From the sequence record MN871446.1: a stretch of DNA of 64,000 bases, one strand, 5' to 3'. Origin of the DNA: Klebsiella phage KpLz-2_45. The notes under the pieces are model-generated. The model saw only the letters and a program-made list of their open reading frames with translations, did no database searches and was not told the DNA's origin. Within the stretch, counting starts at the first letter, position 1; every line of letters begins with the position of its first letter. The position numbers and the translations under genes were made by a program. This document shows positions 1-8,812 of this stretch, in pieces.

Positions 1-77
1 ACCGTTATGTTGAAATCGGCGAGGGCCAAGGTGCGTGGTATTCTGAAAACATTGATGACAACTCAGTTTTACTCCAC

Positions 78-1946
78 ATGCGATTTGGTGTACCGAACTA
101 TAACAGTCTGGCGAGTTTCTTCGGTAACTTCTACAGCTCCGACGATGCGCGTTTGGTTCGTACTGGACGGGCATCCGGTGTAGGGAATTTAATTGGCCGG
201 GCGATCGGCTGGGCGTTCTCTGTTCGACTTGTTCCGTTTATCATGACGTTCACCGCCATCAAATGGTTTACCGGAACGGTCAGTACGAAATTCTATTACC
301 TTAAACCGACGATGGGGCTGTACTGGAAATATGTCAACGATTTTGCCAACAACATTGCCTCCAACCTTGATCTCGCAGCAAAGCCTACTACGGATTCATG
401 GCTTAAACTTACAGAAGGTGCGAATTTAAACGGTACCACACCGATGTCTGAATCTGGTGACCCTGGTGTGGAGTCTATCGAACAAGCAACAAAAACAGCG
501 TTTGAGATTGGCGCCAGAGAGAAGTCGGTTTATGACCAGATGGTACCGGAACTTTTCCGTGCTGACGGTTTAACTGGTATCGATATCTACGCGACAGCGA
601 CACGGGCGCAGGCATACGCTAACGCGTGGCATGAGGCAATTAATGAAATTGCCGCACAAAACCAGAGTAACGGTAATGGCGTGATGTCAAGTATCTACGC
701 GTGGATGACTGGCGGAGGTGCAACGGCATCACTGAACAAGGCCAAAAAGAAAACTTACGCGACCACTGAAGAGTTCCTTAACGCTTATCTGAAAGACCCA
801 GACGGACGTCTCACTGAATCACCTGCTACGGCGGGGAATGAAGCCAGCAATGCCGAGGTTAACACCGCTCAGCAATCCACGGCGACAACGACCGATGCCA
901 ACGGTAATGCGATTAGTCCCGTGGCTGATAACGGAACTAATGAAGCGCAGAAAGGTGTTATTGAACAAGCGTACGAAAGCGTCAAAGACTATTTCACTGA
1001 TGAGGTCATTGGTCGTGCTTATGCGACCTTTAAAGCGGCGCAGCGCGATGGTTCTCAATGGCTAACCCTTCGAATCGATGGACGTGAGTCGGCCAGTGAA
1101 TCTTTCTCAAACAGTGTACGCGAGTCCGATCTCCAGTCGACGATCAACAGCACTTCTTCCAGAGCGGCCAGTATGCGTTTCAGTATGGCAGAAGGGAATT
1201 TCCTTGGTATTCCAGGGATGCAAGAGATCGTTAACACAGTGAAAGACATAGCGGGCGGGATTATGGATTCTCTTCATATCTCGGGTGTTGGCGCTATTGC
1301 AGGGAACGCCTTTGTCGATATTCCTAAACATTACGACAGTTCTTCTGCGAGTTTTAACCAGATGTCGCTAACGATTCCGTTACGAGCATGGGCGGGAGAT
1401 AACTTCAACCGTTTCCAATGTGAAATCCTTCCGCTGATCACAATGTTAGTGGGGGCGTTACCAAGGGCAACGGGGACTGGTTCGTATACAGCACCTTTCA
1501 TTGGTGAGTTTTATTGCCAGGGTCGTTGTTCGATTCCTTTGGGGATGATCACGGCCATCGATATTACTCGTGCAACCTCGAATATGCCTTGGACGAAAAA
1601 CGGGGAATACCTCGGGATTGATGTCAGGTTAACGATCACTGACCTTTCGTCAGTGGCGGCCATGAACCTTAACGAGGCATTTGGTCTGCGTAACTTTGAC
1701 CCAACGACATGGAACCGGCTGCTGTTCCCGCAAGATTCGTCGTTTGAAATGTACACTAACGTATTATCCAGTCTGGGTCTCCATGACCAGATTTACATGT
1801 TACCGCGCTTCAAGCGTAACTGGAACAGGGTAGTGAACAGTTTCGATAGATTCTTCTCGTACTCTAACCTGGCCAACACTATCTTCAGCGGTAATATGGG
1901 CGGGCAAATACTTTCTGCGCTCAGTAAAACTGACCGTGGCTTGTAA
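78..1946 (+). CDS. hypothetical protein, 622 aa, possibly virion-associated
   Basis: Long uninterrupted ORF followed immediately by a strong hairpin terminator. No recognisable catalytic motifs. Confidence 0.6.
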   Translation: MRFGVPNYNSLASFFGNFYSSDDARLVRTGRASGVGNLIGRAIGWAFSVRLVPFIMTFTAIKWFTGTVSTKFYYLKPTMGLYWKYVNDFANNIASNLDLAAKPTTDSWLKLTEGANLNGTTPMSESGDPGVESIEQATKTAFEIGAREKSVYDQMVPELFRADGLTGIDIYATATRAQAYANAWHEAINEIAAQNQSNGNGVMSSIYAWMTGGGATASLNKAKKKTYATTEEFLNAYLKDPDGRLTESPATAGNEASNAEVNTAQQSTATTTDANGNAISPVADNGTNEAQKGVIEQAYESVKDYFTDEVIGRAYATFKAAQRDGSQWLTLRIDGRESASESFSNSVRESDLQSTINSTSSRAASMRFSMAEGNFLGIPGMQEIVNTVKDIAGGIMDSLHISGVGAIAGNAFVDIPKHYDSSSASFNQMSLTIPLRAWAGDNFNRFQCEILPLITMLVGALPRATGTGSYTAPFIGEFYCQGRCSIPLGMITAIDITRATSNMPWTKNGEYLGIDVRLTITDLSSVAAMNLNEAFGLRNFDPTTWNRLLFPQDSSFEMYTNVLSSLGLHDQIYMLPRFKRNWNRVVNSFDRFFSYSNLANTIFSGNMGGQILSALSKTDRGL

Positions 1947-1963
1947 AAGTAAACAAAAAAAAA

Positions 1964-1989
1964 GAGAGGGTTTTCACCCTCTCTTTTTT
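1964..1989. terminator. intrinsic terminator hairpin GAGAGGG-ttttca-CCCTCTC + T-run, bidirectional between convergent genes
   Basis: Perfect 7-bp GC-rich stem followed by TTTTTT on plus strand and preceded by an A-run (T-run on minus strand). Confidence 0.7.
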
Positions 1990-2791
1990 ATACTGTTTCT
2001 AATTTTAACGTACTCACGGTACGTTTTGCTACCCGCGGAGCGAGTCGTTGACAACTCTCGTCTATTGGATTAAACCAGTCCTCTTTCGGCCAACCTTTCT
2101 TCACTCGATAAAGTAATGTAGTATAAGGAATTGCCTTTTCTCTGGCGAGTTCTGCAACAGAAACCTGCTGACCTTCCCACTCAACGTTGATACTTGCTAT
2201 TCTCCCTGGTTGCGTTGTGTACCGCGTATAGTCAGCGCGTCTTTCAGCGGGTGCCCAGTAACAACTCATTGCATTGAGGGGCTCATCTGTTTTTTCAATC
2301 CACAAGAAATCAGTTTCTTCTCTAGGATAACCTATTTCGTCAAACGCCTTTCTGTACGAAGTCCAATGAACTGGAAGAGTCAACGATTTCCCGCTGCGGT
2401 TCTTTATCCTTGAGAAACTTGCTCTCAATTTTGCGCGGGTCTTCGGGTGTATAATTTCTGGTCGACTCTTTTTGGCTCGGCGTTCCAATACGGTAAGAAC
2501 ACTATCTCCTCGGAATAAAGAAGATTGTGTTTTCCTGTAATCTAACCGGTACCGGACAACGATCTCACTTAACGTAAGGACTTCACTCAATACAGGATAA
2601 AGTCTTTTCTTGTACCCCACTAAATTTACGAAGAGGGGTCCGACATCCTTCATACCGGGAGTTTTTACCAACGCTCTCTTTATTCTCTGGTAAACCGTGA
2701 TTCTTTTCATACCCGTAATCTCTACGATTTCCGGGACAGTGCGTTTAACACCGTTGTAAAGATATACAGGTTGGTTTTTAACAGCAGGCAT
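1988..2791 (-). CDS. putative DNA-binding protein with 2-3 repeated helix-turn-helix-like segments
   Basis: Segments KRTVPEIVEITGMKRITVYQRIKRA and QVSVAELAREKAIPYTTLLYRVKKGW resemble HTH DNA-binding motifs. The protein is basic. No nuclease motifs (HNH or GIY-YIG) are seen. Confidence 0.5.
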   Translation of the reverse strand: MPAVKNQPVYLYNGVKRTVPEIVEITGMKRITVYQRIKRALVKTPGMKDVGPLFVNLVGYKKRLYPVLSEVLTLSEIVVRYRLDYRKTQSSLFRGDSVLTVLERRAKKSRPEIIHPKTRAKLRASFSRIKNRSGKSLTLPVHWTSYRKAFDEIGYPREETDFLWIEKTDEPLNAMSCYWAPAERRADYTRYTTQPGRIASINVEWEGQQVSVAELAREKAIPYTTLLYRVKKGWPKEDWFNPIDESCQRLAPRVAKRTVSTLKLETV

Positions 2792-2850
2792 CTCATTATC
2801 CTTATCAAAATGATATTTTCTACATCAATAAACGGTGCTGTGTAAATAGA

Positions 2851-2878
2851 GTAGAGAGGGCAATTAAGCCCTCTCTAC
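2851..2878. terminator. hairpin TAGAGAGGGC-aattaa-GCCCTCTCTA
   Basis: 10-bp perfect stem between two minus-strand genes. T-rich flank on both strands. Confidence 0.6.
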
Positions 2879-2882
2879 TGTT

Positions 2883-3950
2883 TTATGCAAGTGCGATAAA
2901 CGTGTATTGTTGTTTTGCTAATCCAACCACAGTGTTCTCTGTAAAGTGCTGAACCACTGCAATCTGATAAGCGTATTCCGGTAATGTATTCAGTACCGTT
3001 TTCGCATTGGTGGAAATATTCCGGAAGACACTCAGACGATGTCCTGTAGGAGTGAACTGCGAAGCATTCCAACGTGGGTCAATGGAGGATAAGACCGAGA
3101 CTAACTCTGTCGCGTAAGTACTGTACTGGTTCGCGTCAATGACTTTACCAAAACGATAGTTCTGGAGAATCTGTTGTACGGCATCAGGGGCTTTCTGTAA
3201 GATGTAGACACCGCCTAAACTTTCTACCATCGCCTTGACCATTGACAGGTTCCCAGAAGCCAACACCGTCGGTAGACTGTCGCCCATTGCCGCGGTCAGT
3301 GTCGGATTAGAGGAATCGCTACTGTAGACAGCGGAGACAACGTTAGAGAGTCCGAGAAATGAAGCCTGCTGGAGAATAGAAGATTTCAGTGCCGTCATCG
3401 ACAGTTTGTCTTCCAAATTCTGAAAGGTCATATCCGCATTGGCCAATAAGGTATTAACACTACTGATCAGATTATTCGCGTTCAGGATATCCCCGGCAGA
3501 GGTCAACTGGGTAACCGCGCCATTGACATCGCTAAAGGTACTATCGACGGTGCTGTTAATTTCCTGAAGCGTACTGGTAGCACCATTGATAACCTCATCA
3601 GAGATCCCTTTGACGGTACTGATACTTTGACCAATCTCGTTACTCAGCTGACTGGTATATTCGCTGATGTCTTTCTTTACTGCGCTGGCTTGAGTGAGCA
3701 GGTCATTCAACGACCCTAAATCACTGATAGTGGTGTTTAAAAGATAATTCTTTGTTTCAGCGAGTTTCCCTAAAACCATATTCTTCATGTTACTCAATAC
3801 GGTTTTCGTTTCCTTTCCGTAACCATCTACGGCCACCATCGAATCCTTAACACCCGTTGCCACTAATGAGCTTTGGGTTTGCGCGGCAGCCTTAGCAGTT
3901 TGCGCTGAGTTACTTAAGGTCTTAACGTAATTACTGACGCCTAACGCCAT
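2883..3950 (-). CDS. hypothetical structural protein, Ser/Thr/Asn/Leu-rich with coiled-coil character, 355 aa
   Basis: Excellent RBS (TAAGGAGGACATATG). Low-complexity heptad-like composition typical of virion fibrous or tape-like proteins. Confidence 0.6.
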   Translation of the reverse strand: MALGVSNYVKTLSNSAQTAKAAAQTQSSLVATGVKDSMVAVDGYGKETKTVLSNMKNMVLGKLAETKNYLLNTTISDLGSLNDLLTQASAVKKDISEYTSQLSNEIGQSISTVKGISDEVINGATSTLQEINSTVDSTFSDVNGAVTQLTSAGDILNANNLISSVNTLLANADMTFQNLEDKLSMTALKSSILQQASFLGLSNVVSAVYSSDSSNPTLTAAMGDSLPTVLASGNLSMVKAMVESLGGVYILQKAPDAVQQILQNYRFGKVIDANQYSTYATELVSVLSSIDPRWNASQFTPTGHRLSVFRNISTNAKTVLNTLPEYAYQIAVVQHFTENTVVGLAKQQYTFIALA

Positions 3951-4234
3951 ATGTCCTCCTTACTAAAAATAAAGCGAATCTTCTCCCAAAGGGTTTTTGG
4001 TGTCCTGTTACGGTATCGGGTTAAACCGTGGCTGTAGAAATGACTGGCGGCAATGGCGACGAATTCTATCTTTTCTTCTTTGGTGAAAATGGTGCTAAAA
4101 ATACGGTTATTCAACTGCTCTAGAAAATACACTGCATCCGCTTCCGAGTGACGGTCTTCCTTGAAAAAATTTTCAATGTCCTCTTCGATCGTTTTAAGTA
4201 AATTTTTTACAGCGGTAGAATTTGTTCCGGACAT
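3941..4234 (-). CDS. hypothetical protein (about 98 aa; ORF track gives 3941..4273)
   Basis: The first ATG lies inside the terminator hairpin and has no RBS. An internal ATG at 4234 is preceded by GGAG. Stop overlaps the next gene start by 10 nt. Confidence 0.4.
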   Translation of the reverse strand: MSGTNSTAVKNLLKTIEEDIENFFKEDRHSEADAVYFLEQLNNRIFSTIFTKEEKIEFVAIAASHFYSHGLTRYRNRTPKTLWEKIRFIFSKEDIWR

Positions 4235-4274
4235 AGCGGGAGCGCTCCAAAAAATAAAAGAGTGAAGGTGCATA

Positions 4275-4306
4275 AAGAAGAGTGGGGTAAAGACCCCACT
4301 CTTCTT
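4275..4306. terminator. hairpin AAGAAGAGTGGGG-taaaga-CCCCACTCTTCTT + TTTAT
   Basis: 13-bp stem with a T-run after it on the plus strand and an A-run before it. Confidence 0.6.
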
Positions 4307-4316
4307 TTATTCTCGA

Positions 4317-5072
4317 CTACTCATCCGGGTCATCAGCAACGTTCAAGAACCGGCCGTCCATTCTGACTTCATGGAATGTAACGACATCGTCCGGGAACGT
4401 CAGTTCTAACATCAGATAAACACGTAACGGGTCAATGACCTTTAACGCCTTCGTAAAGACCTTAATGGACATATCCGCATTCCGTATCCCACGGTTCAAG
4501 TTAGACCGTTCCGTACTCTGTCGGTTACGTTCAACAAAACCGTTTAACGGGTCATTGACATAACGATTAACACGTTCCGCCCAATCAGCTTCGTCTTTGA
4601 TGATTTGACGTTTAATGTCACTGAACAAACGATGGAGGACATTATACCGTGTTGGGTATTTCTCGTTATGGTATTCCGTGTATAGGTCTTCTTCGTCAAT
4701 CTCGTCGATATGAGAAGTTCGTGTTCCGTCACGATGTTCGAGGAGAAGAATAAACTTCAGATTAATGGGGCGAATTACTCGCATCCCACGAATGAAGTTA
4801 TGCAGCGTCATCTCTTGCTTTGCCAGCTCACGGTTAAGATTACTGCGTTCTGTCGATTTTCCACGGCTCGTCTGTACGACATTGTTCCGTGGATCTTTAA
4901 CGTATTGCGATAACCGATTATTCCAAAATAACGACGAAATGTTCAGGTCATTTCTGACTTCTCTGAACATTAGCGATAACAGGTTCATGGGCCCGGTGTG
5001 TTCATTTACACGGTTACGTCGCAACTCTTCTGCCAAACGAAATCGGGCTGGGATTCCTCGGCTTTTGATCAT
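4317..5072 (-). CDS. hypothetical protein with internal tandem duplication (two copies of an about 50-aa module containing STERSNLNR)
   Basis: The repeats are ...SRGKSTERSNLNRELAKQ...IRPINLKFILLLE and ...RNRQSTERSNLNRGIRNA...IDPLRVYLMLELTF. Start chosen at the internal ATG (5072) with an AAGG RBS, which avoids overlap with the upstream gene. Confidence 0.5.
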   Translation of the reverse strand: MIKSRGIPARFRLAEELRRNRVNEHTGPMNLLSLMFREVRNDLNISSLFWNNRLSQYVKDPRNNVVQTSRGKSTERSNLNRELAKQEMTLHNFIRGMRVIRPINLKFILLLEHRDGTRTSHIDEIDEEDLYTEYHNEKYPTRYNVLHRLFSDIKRQIIKDEADWAERVNRYVNDPLNGFVERNRQSTERSNLNRGIRNADMSIKVFTKALKVIDPLRVYLMLELTFPDDVVTFHEVRMDGRFLNVADDPDE

Positions 5073-5085
5073 GGAGTAGACCTTT

Positions 5086-5601
5086 TTAACGTTGACTAAA
5101 ATAACGTAGGTGTACCTCGGCGATAGACAACATATCACAGTGCACCGTATAGAGAGAAAGAAGCATCCCTTGATATTGATTTTTATTCATCCCTTTTTTC
5201 AGTTGGTCGAGCAAAAGCAAATGTTCGACAACGGAAGGGATTAACACATCAATAAACGCATAATAATCAGCGCGGCGTTTTTCGTGGTCAACTAACCACT
5301 CGTCGAGCTTATAGCGCGTGAGTGCTTGTTTCAGATTGTAGTTCTCTACAACGGCCTGATGCTCACTAAGGATTTCGTTTATTCGGTTAACGGTATCAGT
5401 GAACTCTTTCAATGGCCGGTAAAGATCTACATACTGCTCTCGGTAAGCTACGTCGTTAGGGACACTTTCACGGAGCTTGGCCATAGCGGTATAGAGGGTT
5501 TCAATGTTGTCACGAGTAACGGCATATTTCTCTCCTTTGTTGATTAATTTAAGGGCGGCTTTAACAGGGTCTAATTTCTGGCGGCGGAAGAACGAAAGCA
5601 C
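5086..5601 (-). CDS. hypothetical protein, 171 aa
   Basis: Uninterrupted ORF in the operon context. No recognisable motifs. Confidence 0.5.
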   Translation of the reverse strand: MLSFFRRQKLDPVKAALKLINKGEKYAVTRDNIETLYTAMAKLRESVPNDVAYREQYVDLYRPLKEFTDTVNRINEILSEHQAVVENYNLKQALTRYKLDEWLVDHEKRRADYYAFIDVLIPSVVEHLLLLDQLKKGMNKNQYQGMLLSLYTVHCDMLSIAEVHLRYFSQR

Positions 5602-5684
5602 AACTCCTCCTGTTATTGATTATGAAATGATTTTACTTTACATAGAAGTGAAGTCAGCATCTTTTTAAACAGATTTAAACCTTT

Positions 5685-5709
5685 CTCAATAAGGTGATAT
5701 AGTCTTGAA
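5685..5709 (+). promoter_or_regulatory. conserved motif CTCAATAAGGTGATATAGTCTTGAA, candidate phage promoter (extended -10-like TGATATAGT) upstream of the + gene at 5715
   Basis: A near-identical 25-mer recurs at 42953..42977. It contains TGnTATAGT, which resembles an extended -10 element. Confidence 0.4.
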
Positions 5710-5714
5710 AAATA

Positions 5715-6242
5715 ATGGAGTTTAACATGGCCGCGTATGAGCAAGTCGAAGAGTTTGAACCTATCCCGGAAGAAAAAGAAGGTGAAGTCCTGAGCGCCAG
5801 ACCTGCCGACGGAATGCCGCAAGACAGCGATGATCGTTTGGATTTTACCCAGAATGTTCGTGCGCTGATTGTCAATGAGATTATCAAAGGCGGGAAGGTT
5901 CCAGTTAATGACAAAGACCAGATGAGCATCCTGAAAGATGCGTTAGATGGCATCGACCGTCAGGAATTAGGGAAGAAGAAAATCTCAGCCAAGAAAGAAG
6001 AGACCGCTGCAAACATTAATAACGTGGCTAAGATGTTGGAACGCTTCAGTATGGAAGTGAGTCGTAGCACCAACGGGGCACCAATGGAAAAAATGTTGGC
6101 AGAGAAACCGAAACGCGACCCTTCCGTTTTCAATCGTGACGTAAGAGCCCAGTTCCCCGATATCAATGAATCAGAACTGGAACTGACGCGCCGTGAAGAA
6201 AGCAGTGAAGAATTCTTCGAGCGGATGAAAGAAGACGAATAG
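5715..6242 (+). CDS. acidic hypothetical protein, 175 aa
   Basis: GGAG RBS 8 nt upstream. Glu/Asp-rich. Followed by a hairpin. Confidence 0.55.
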   Translation: MEFNMAAYEQVEEFEPIPEEKEGEVLSARPADGMPQDSDDRLDFTQNVRALIVNEIIKGGKVPVNDKDQMSILKDALDGIDRQELGKKKISAKKEETAANINNVAKMLERFSMEVSRSTNGAPMEKMLAEKPKRDPSVFNRDVRAQFPDINESELELTRREESSEEFFERMKEDE

Positions 6243-6248
6243 CGCATA

Positions 6249-6276
6249 AGACAGAGAGGGGAATCCCTCTCTGTCT
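6249..6276. terminator. hairpin AGACAGAGAGGG-gaat-CCCTCTCTGTCT
   Basis: 12-bp perfect stem between convergent genes. The U-tract is weak. Confidence 0.5.
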
Positions 6277-6280
6277 ATAA

Positions 6281-6982
6281 TCAAAAGGGGGCATTGAAAT
6301 ATTCAACACTGATAAATCTGATTGTCCAGGAAGGGGAGACATATTGTTCAGACAATTGGTGAACGTCATCAAGAAGATCTTTAAAATACGCAAAATCTTC
6401 AACGTTCGGTTTGGTCTGGAATAACGCCGGACCAATCAATTCTGTATTAAGAAGATTGACCGACTCCTGTGTCTCGATATGCTCCTCCAGCCAGCCAATG
6501 ATATCGTAATGAATAAAATGCGTAAAATCACTGGCCACAGATTGCGGGGTCAGTTGTTTATCGCTTTTTCTCACCCAATCTATTTTGGTCTGCGGGTGAA
6601 GGAACGTTTTGATGGCCTTGGACAATGATTCCCTGACGTTATTGGTGAGTCGATATGGGTATTCGTTTACCGTCACGGAAACGTTGAGGTCTGTAGGTGA
6701 GATACGTGGACCTTGCTCCGACCCTTCAATAATTTCCTTAATGACCCCGATCAATTTCGATCTGACCGATTTCTTCAGGATCTCGGAATCACGTCCCCGA
6801 TAAGCCTTTCTCCATGCCTCTTCTGTAATTCCTAACCCTTCCCAAATCACCCAATCACCACGACGACGACCATAGCCCTTGGCGATCATGTTAACGGCTT
6901 TGTCAAAATTAAGACTCAATGCCACCGACATTCGAGTATCGAGTAGATCGTCTAGCCTGAGGTGGATACGTAGCGGTCTCAT
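6281..6982 (-). CDS. hypothetical protein, 233 aa (last gene of a 6-gene minus-strand operon)
   Basis: ORF with ATGA-type overlap to the upstream gene. Confidence 0.55.
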   Translation of the reverse strand: MRPLRIHLRLDDLLDTRMSVALSLNFDKAVNMIAKGYGRRRGDWVIWEGLGITEEAWRKAYRGRDSEILKKSVRSKLIGVIKEIIEGSEQGPRISPTDLNVSVTVNEYPYRLTNNVRESLSKAIKTFLHPQTKIDWVRKSDKQLTPQSVASDFTHFIHYDIIGWLEEHIETQESVNLLNTELIGPALFQTKPNVEDFAYFKDLLDDVHQLSEQYVSPSWTIRFISVEYFNAPF

Positions 6983-7455
6983 CCCTGTTCACCCAGTTCA
7001 GTGAAACTCGGGTAAACAAACCCAAGGGACATCAACGGAATAATCCACGTGTTCGCTTCGTAGAGCGAGAGGATTTCGTTAAACTTCACAGTCCACATCT
7101 GAGCGTCATTAGGGACAACAGAAAGGTCTTGTATTTCTGACTGCGTCGGTCGATTCGCTGACGCGTTAGCAAACGAGTCAATGATCTGACTGAGTTCTTT
7201 ACGCGTGAATGGGCTCAATGCAAAGAACCGTAAACCAAATACGTAGTTAACCAGTATATCCCGGGAATGAATCTCATTTTGAACCGAGATTAACTGATCA
7301 CGGGTAACCAGTAATGGTTGCGCAGTTACGGAATAATATTGCGATACAAACCCGGTAAAGACATCGATGTCAGTTGGGTCTTTCAGGTCGTTCTTAAAAG
7401 CCAGTGTGAACTGATGTGCCTGGCCAGAGAGAATTTCAATTTCTTCTTTGATCAT
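6979..7455 (-). CDS. hypothetical protein, 158 aa
   Basis: ORF translationally coupled to its neighbours. Confidence 0.55.
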   Translation of the reverse strand: MIKEEIEILSGQAHQFTLAFKNDLKDPTDIDVFTGFVSQYYSVTAQPLLVTRDQLISVQNEIHSRDILVNYVFGLRFFALSPFTRKELSQIIDSFANASANRPTQSEIQDLSVVPNDAQMWTVKFNEILSLYEANTWIIPLMSLGFVYPSFTELGEQG

Positions 7456-7457
7456 GG

Positions 7458-8129
7458 CTATTTATCCAACGTGGTGTCGAGGTGAGCTGTACGCAGGAGC
7501 GTGGCGAAGTTTTTCGTGGCAGTAACGCCTGTACCCCATTCTTTGGCGTTCGCCACAGTTCCTTCACCGGTAAGCGAGATATCGGTTTCCAGTTTCTGGT
7601 TAGCGCCTTCATCACCCCCACGTACCGAGATCAGTTCGCGGATTAATACATTACCGCCCAGGGATTCAATGTTGTTGAGTTCCGGGAAGGAAATACGTGA
7701 GCCTTTCGACGGACCCGTCACCTGGCCAGTGAGATCATCCACGTGTGTATTATCGTCGGGGATACTCTGCTTATCTTCGATCATCTGCTGTAAGCGAATA
7801 ACGCCCTCACGAATGACCATATAGCGAACAGGCGTAGTAAAGACCTTTTTCGTTTCCGGGTCTTCCATTTCAAGGTACTGGAAGAATTCCACACCCCAGC
7901 GTTTTGCCACGGCCTTAAGATGGGCGTTGTCGTAGATTGGTGACGTTAGGTTAGGTAAGGTAGCGGAGATCATGGGTTTTCCTTGGCGGATACCTTCCAT
8001 GATGCCGTCAAACTCTTCGTCACTCAGTGCTTCCAGATCTTTGCCAATTTGCATGGCGTTTCCTGATCCGGGAAAGAGTTCTTCCATCAGCCTTACGCAA
8101 ACCGCTGTGGCGGCGACGCGGTTTTTCAT
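7458..8129 (-). CDS. hypothetical protein, about 223 aa (ORF track gives 7458..8222)
   Basis: The internal ATG at 8129 has a strong RBS (AAAGAGGTTAAAATG). Using the first ATG would give a 200-nt overlap with the upstream gene. Confidence 0.5.
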   Translation of the reverse strand: MKNRVAATAVCVRLMEELFPGSGNAMQIGKDLEALSDEEFDGIMEGIRQGKPMISATLPNLTSPIYDNAHLKAVAKRWGVEFFQYLEMEDPETKKVFTTPVRYMVIREGVIRLQQMIEDKQSIPDDNTHVDDLTGQVTGPSKGSRISFPELNNIESLGGNVLIRELISVRGGDEGANQKLETDISLTGEGTVANAKEWGTGVTATKNFATLLRTAHLDTTLDK

Positions 8130-8505
8130 TTTTAACCTCTTTAGGAATAGTGATACTGCGATGGGAAACGCGGTATTCGGATATCCGGCGAACCACGTCA
8201 CCTGTCCCCTTAGATTCCCCATCCCAGAACGTTACACAGTGTGTAGCCACTGCCATCATTTCGGCATTACGAATAAATCCTGCGCCTTTCCCCTTTCCGT
8301 CCCAATCTGCTGGGAAGGTTAAACAACGGAGTCCTCTCCGTAATGCATATAGGAACGCCAGGTAATCCGTCCCGTTAGCACCGCCTTCCAGAATGACAAT
8401 TTCTTCTGGGGGGAACCGAGACGTGAGTTTATCCATATGTTTTGCAAACTGGTAATAGTTACGGTAATGACGGCAACCCGAAACCATCACCTTGAACCGT
8501 GCCAT
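8020..8505 (-). CDS. DUF2493 / SLOG-family (YspA-like) protein with a basic C-terminal tail
   Basis: The pattern VMVSGCRHY..IVILEGGANGTDYLA..FPADWDGKGKGAGFIRNAEM..FWDGESKGTGD matches the conserved SLOG-cluster DUF2493 layout (SG.R, GGA.G.D, ADW, AG..RN, WDG.S.GT). Confidence 0.55.
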   Translation of the reverse strand: MARFKVMVSGCRHYRNYYQFAKHMDKLTSRFPPEEIVILEGGANGTDYLAFLYALRRGLRCLTFPADWDGKGKGAGFIRNAEMMAVATHCVTFWDGESKGTGDVVRRISEYRVSHRSITIPKEVKNEKPRRRHSGLRKADGRTLSRIRKRHANWQRSGSTE

Positions 8506-8792
8506 TATTTACCCCAACGGAAAATAATATCTGGGAGGACACGGTCTGAGAAATCCGATAGCCAGGCATCGATGCCGTTATCGGTTGAAATCTGTAGTAC
8601 ATTACGAGACGCTCTCGGAGAGATGGTTTTTAGTTCCTTCTCCCAGAACGCATTGATCTCTTGCATCTCGACCCGATTACTGGAGCGTACTCGCTCTTCG
8701 TGATTAAATTTGCGATCAAACAAATTCGCCACGCCGTGCGAGTACTGCGACAGTAACATGGTCATGTGAAAACGTGCTTCTTGACGTACCAT
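8505..8792 (-). CDS. hypothetical protein, 95 aa
   Basis: ORF with a TAATG overlap to the downstream SLOG gene. Confidence 0.45.
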   Translation of the reverse strand: MVRQEARFHMTMLLSQYSHGVANLFDRKFNHEERVRSSNRVEMQEINAFWEKELKTISPRASRNVLQISTDNGIDAWLSDFSDRVLPDIIFRWGK

Positions 8793-8812
8793 GTTACACC
8801 TCGATAACTACA

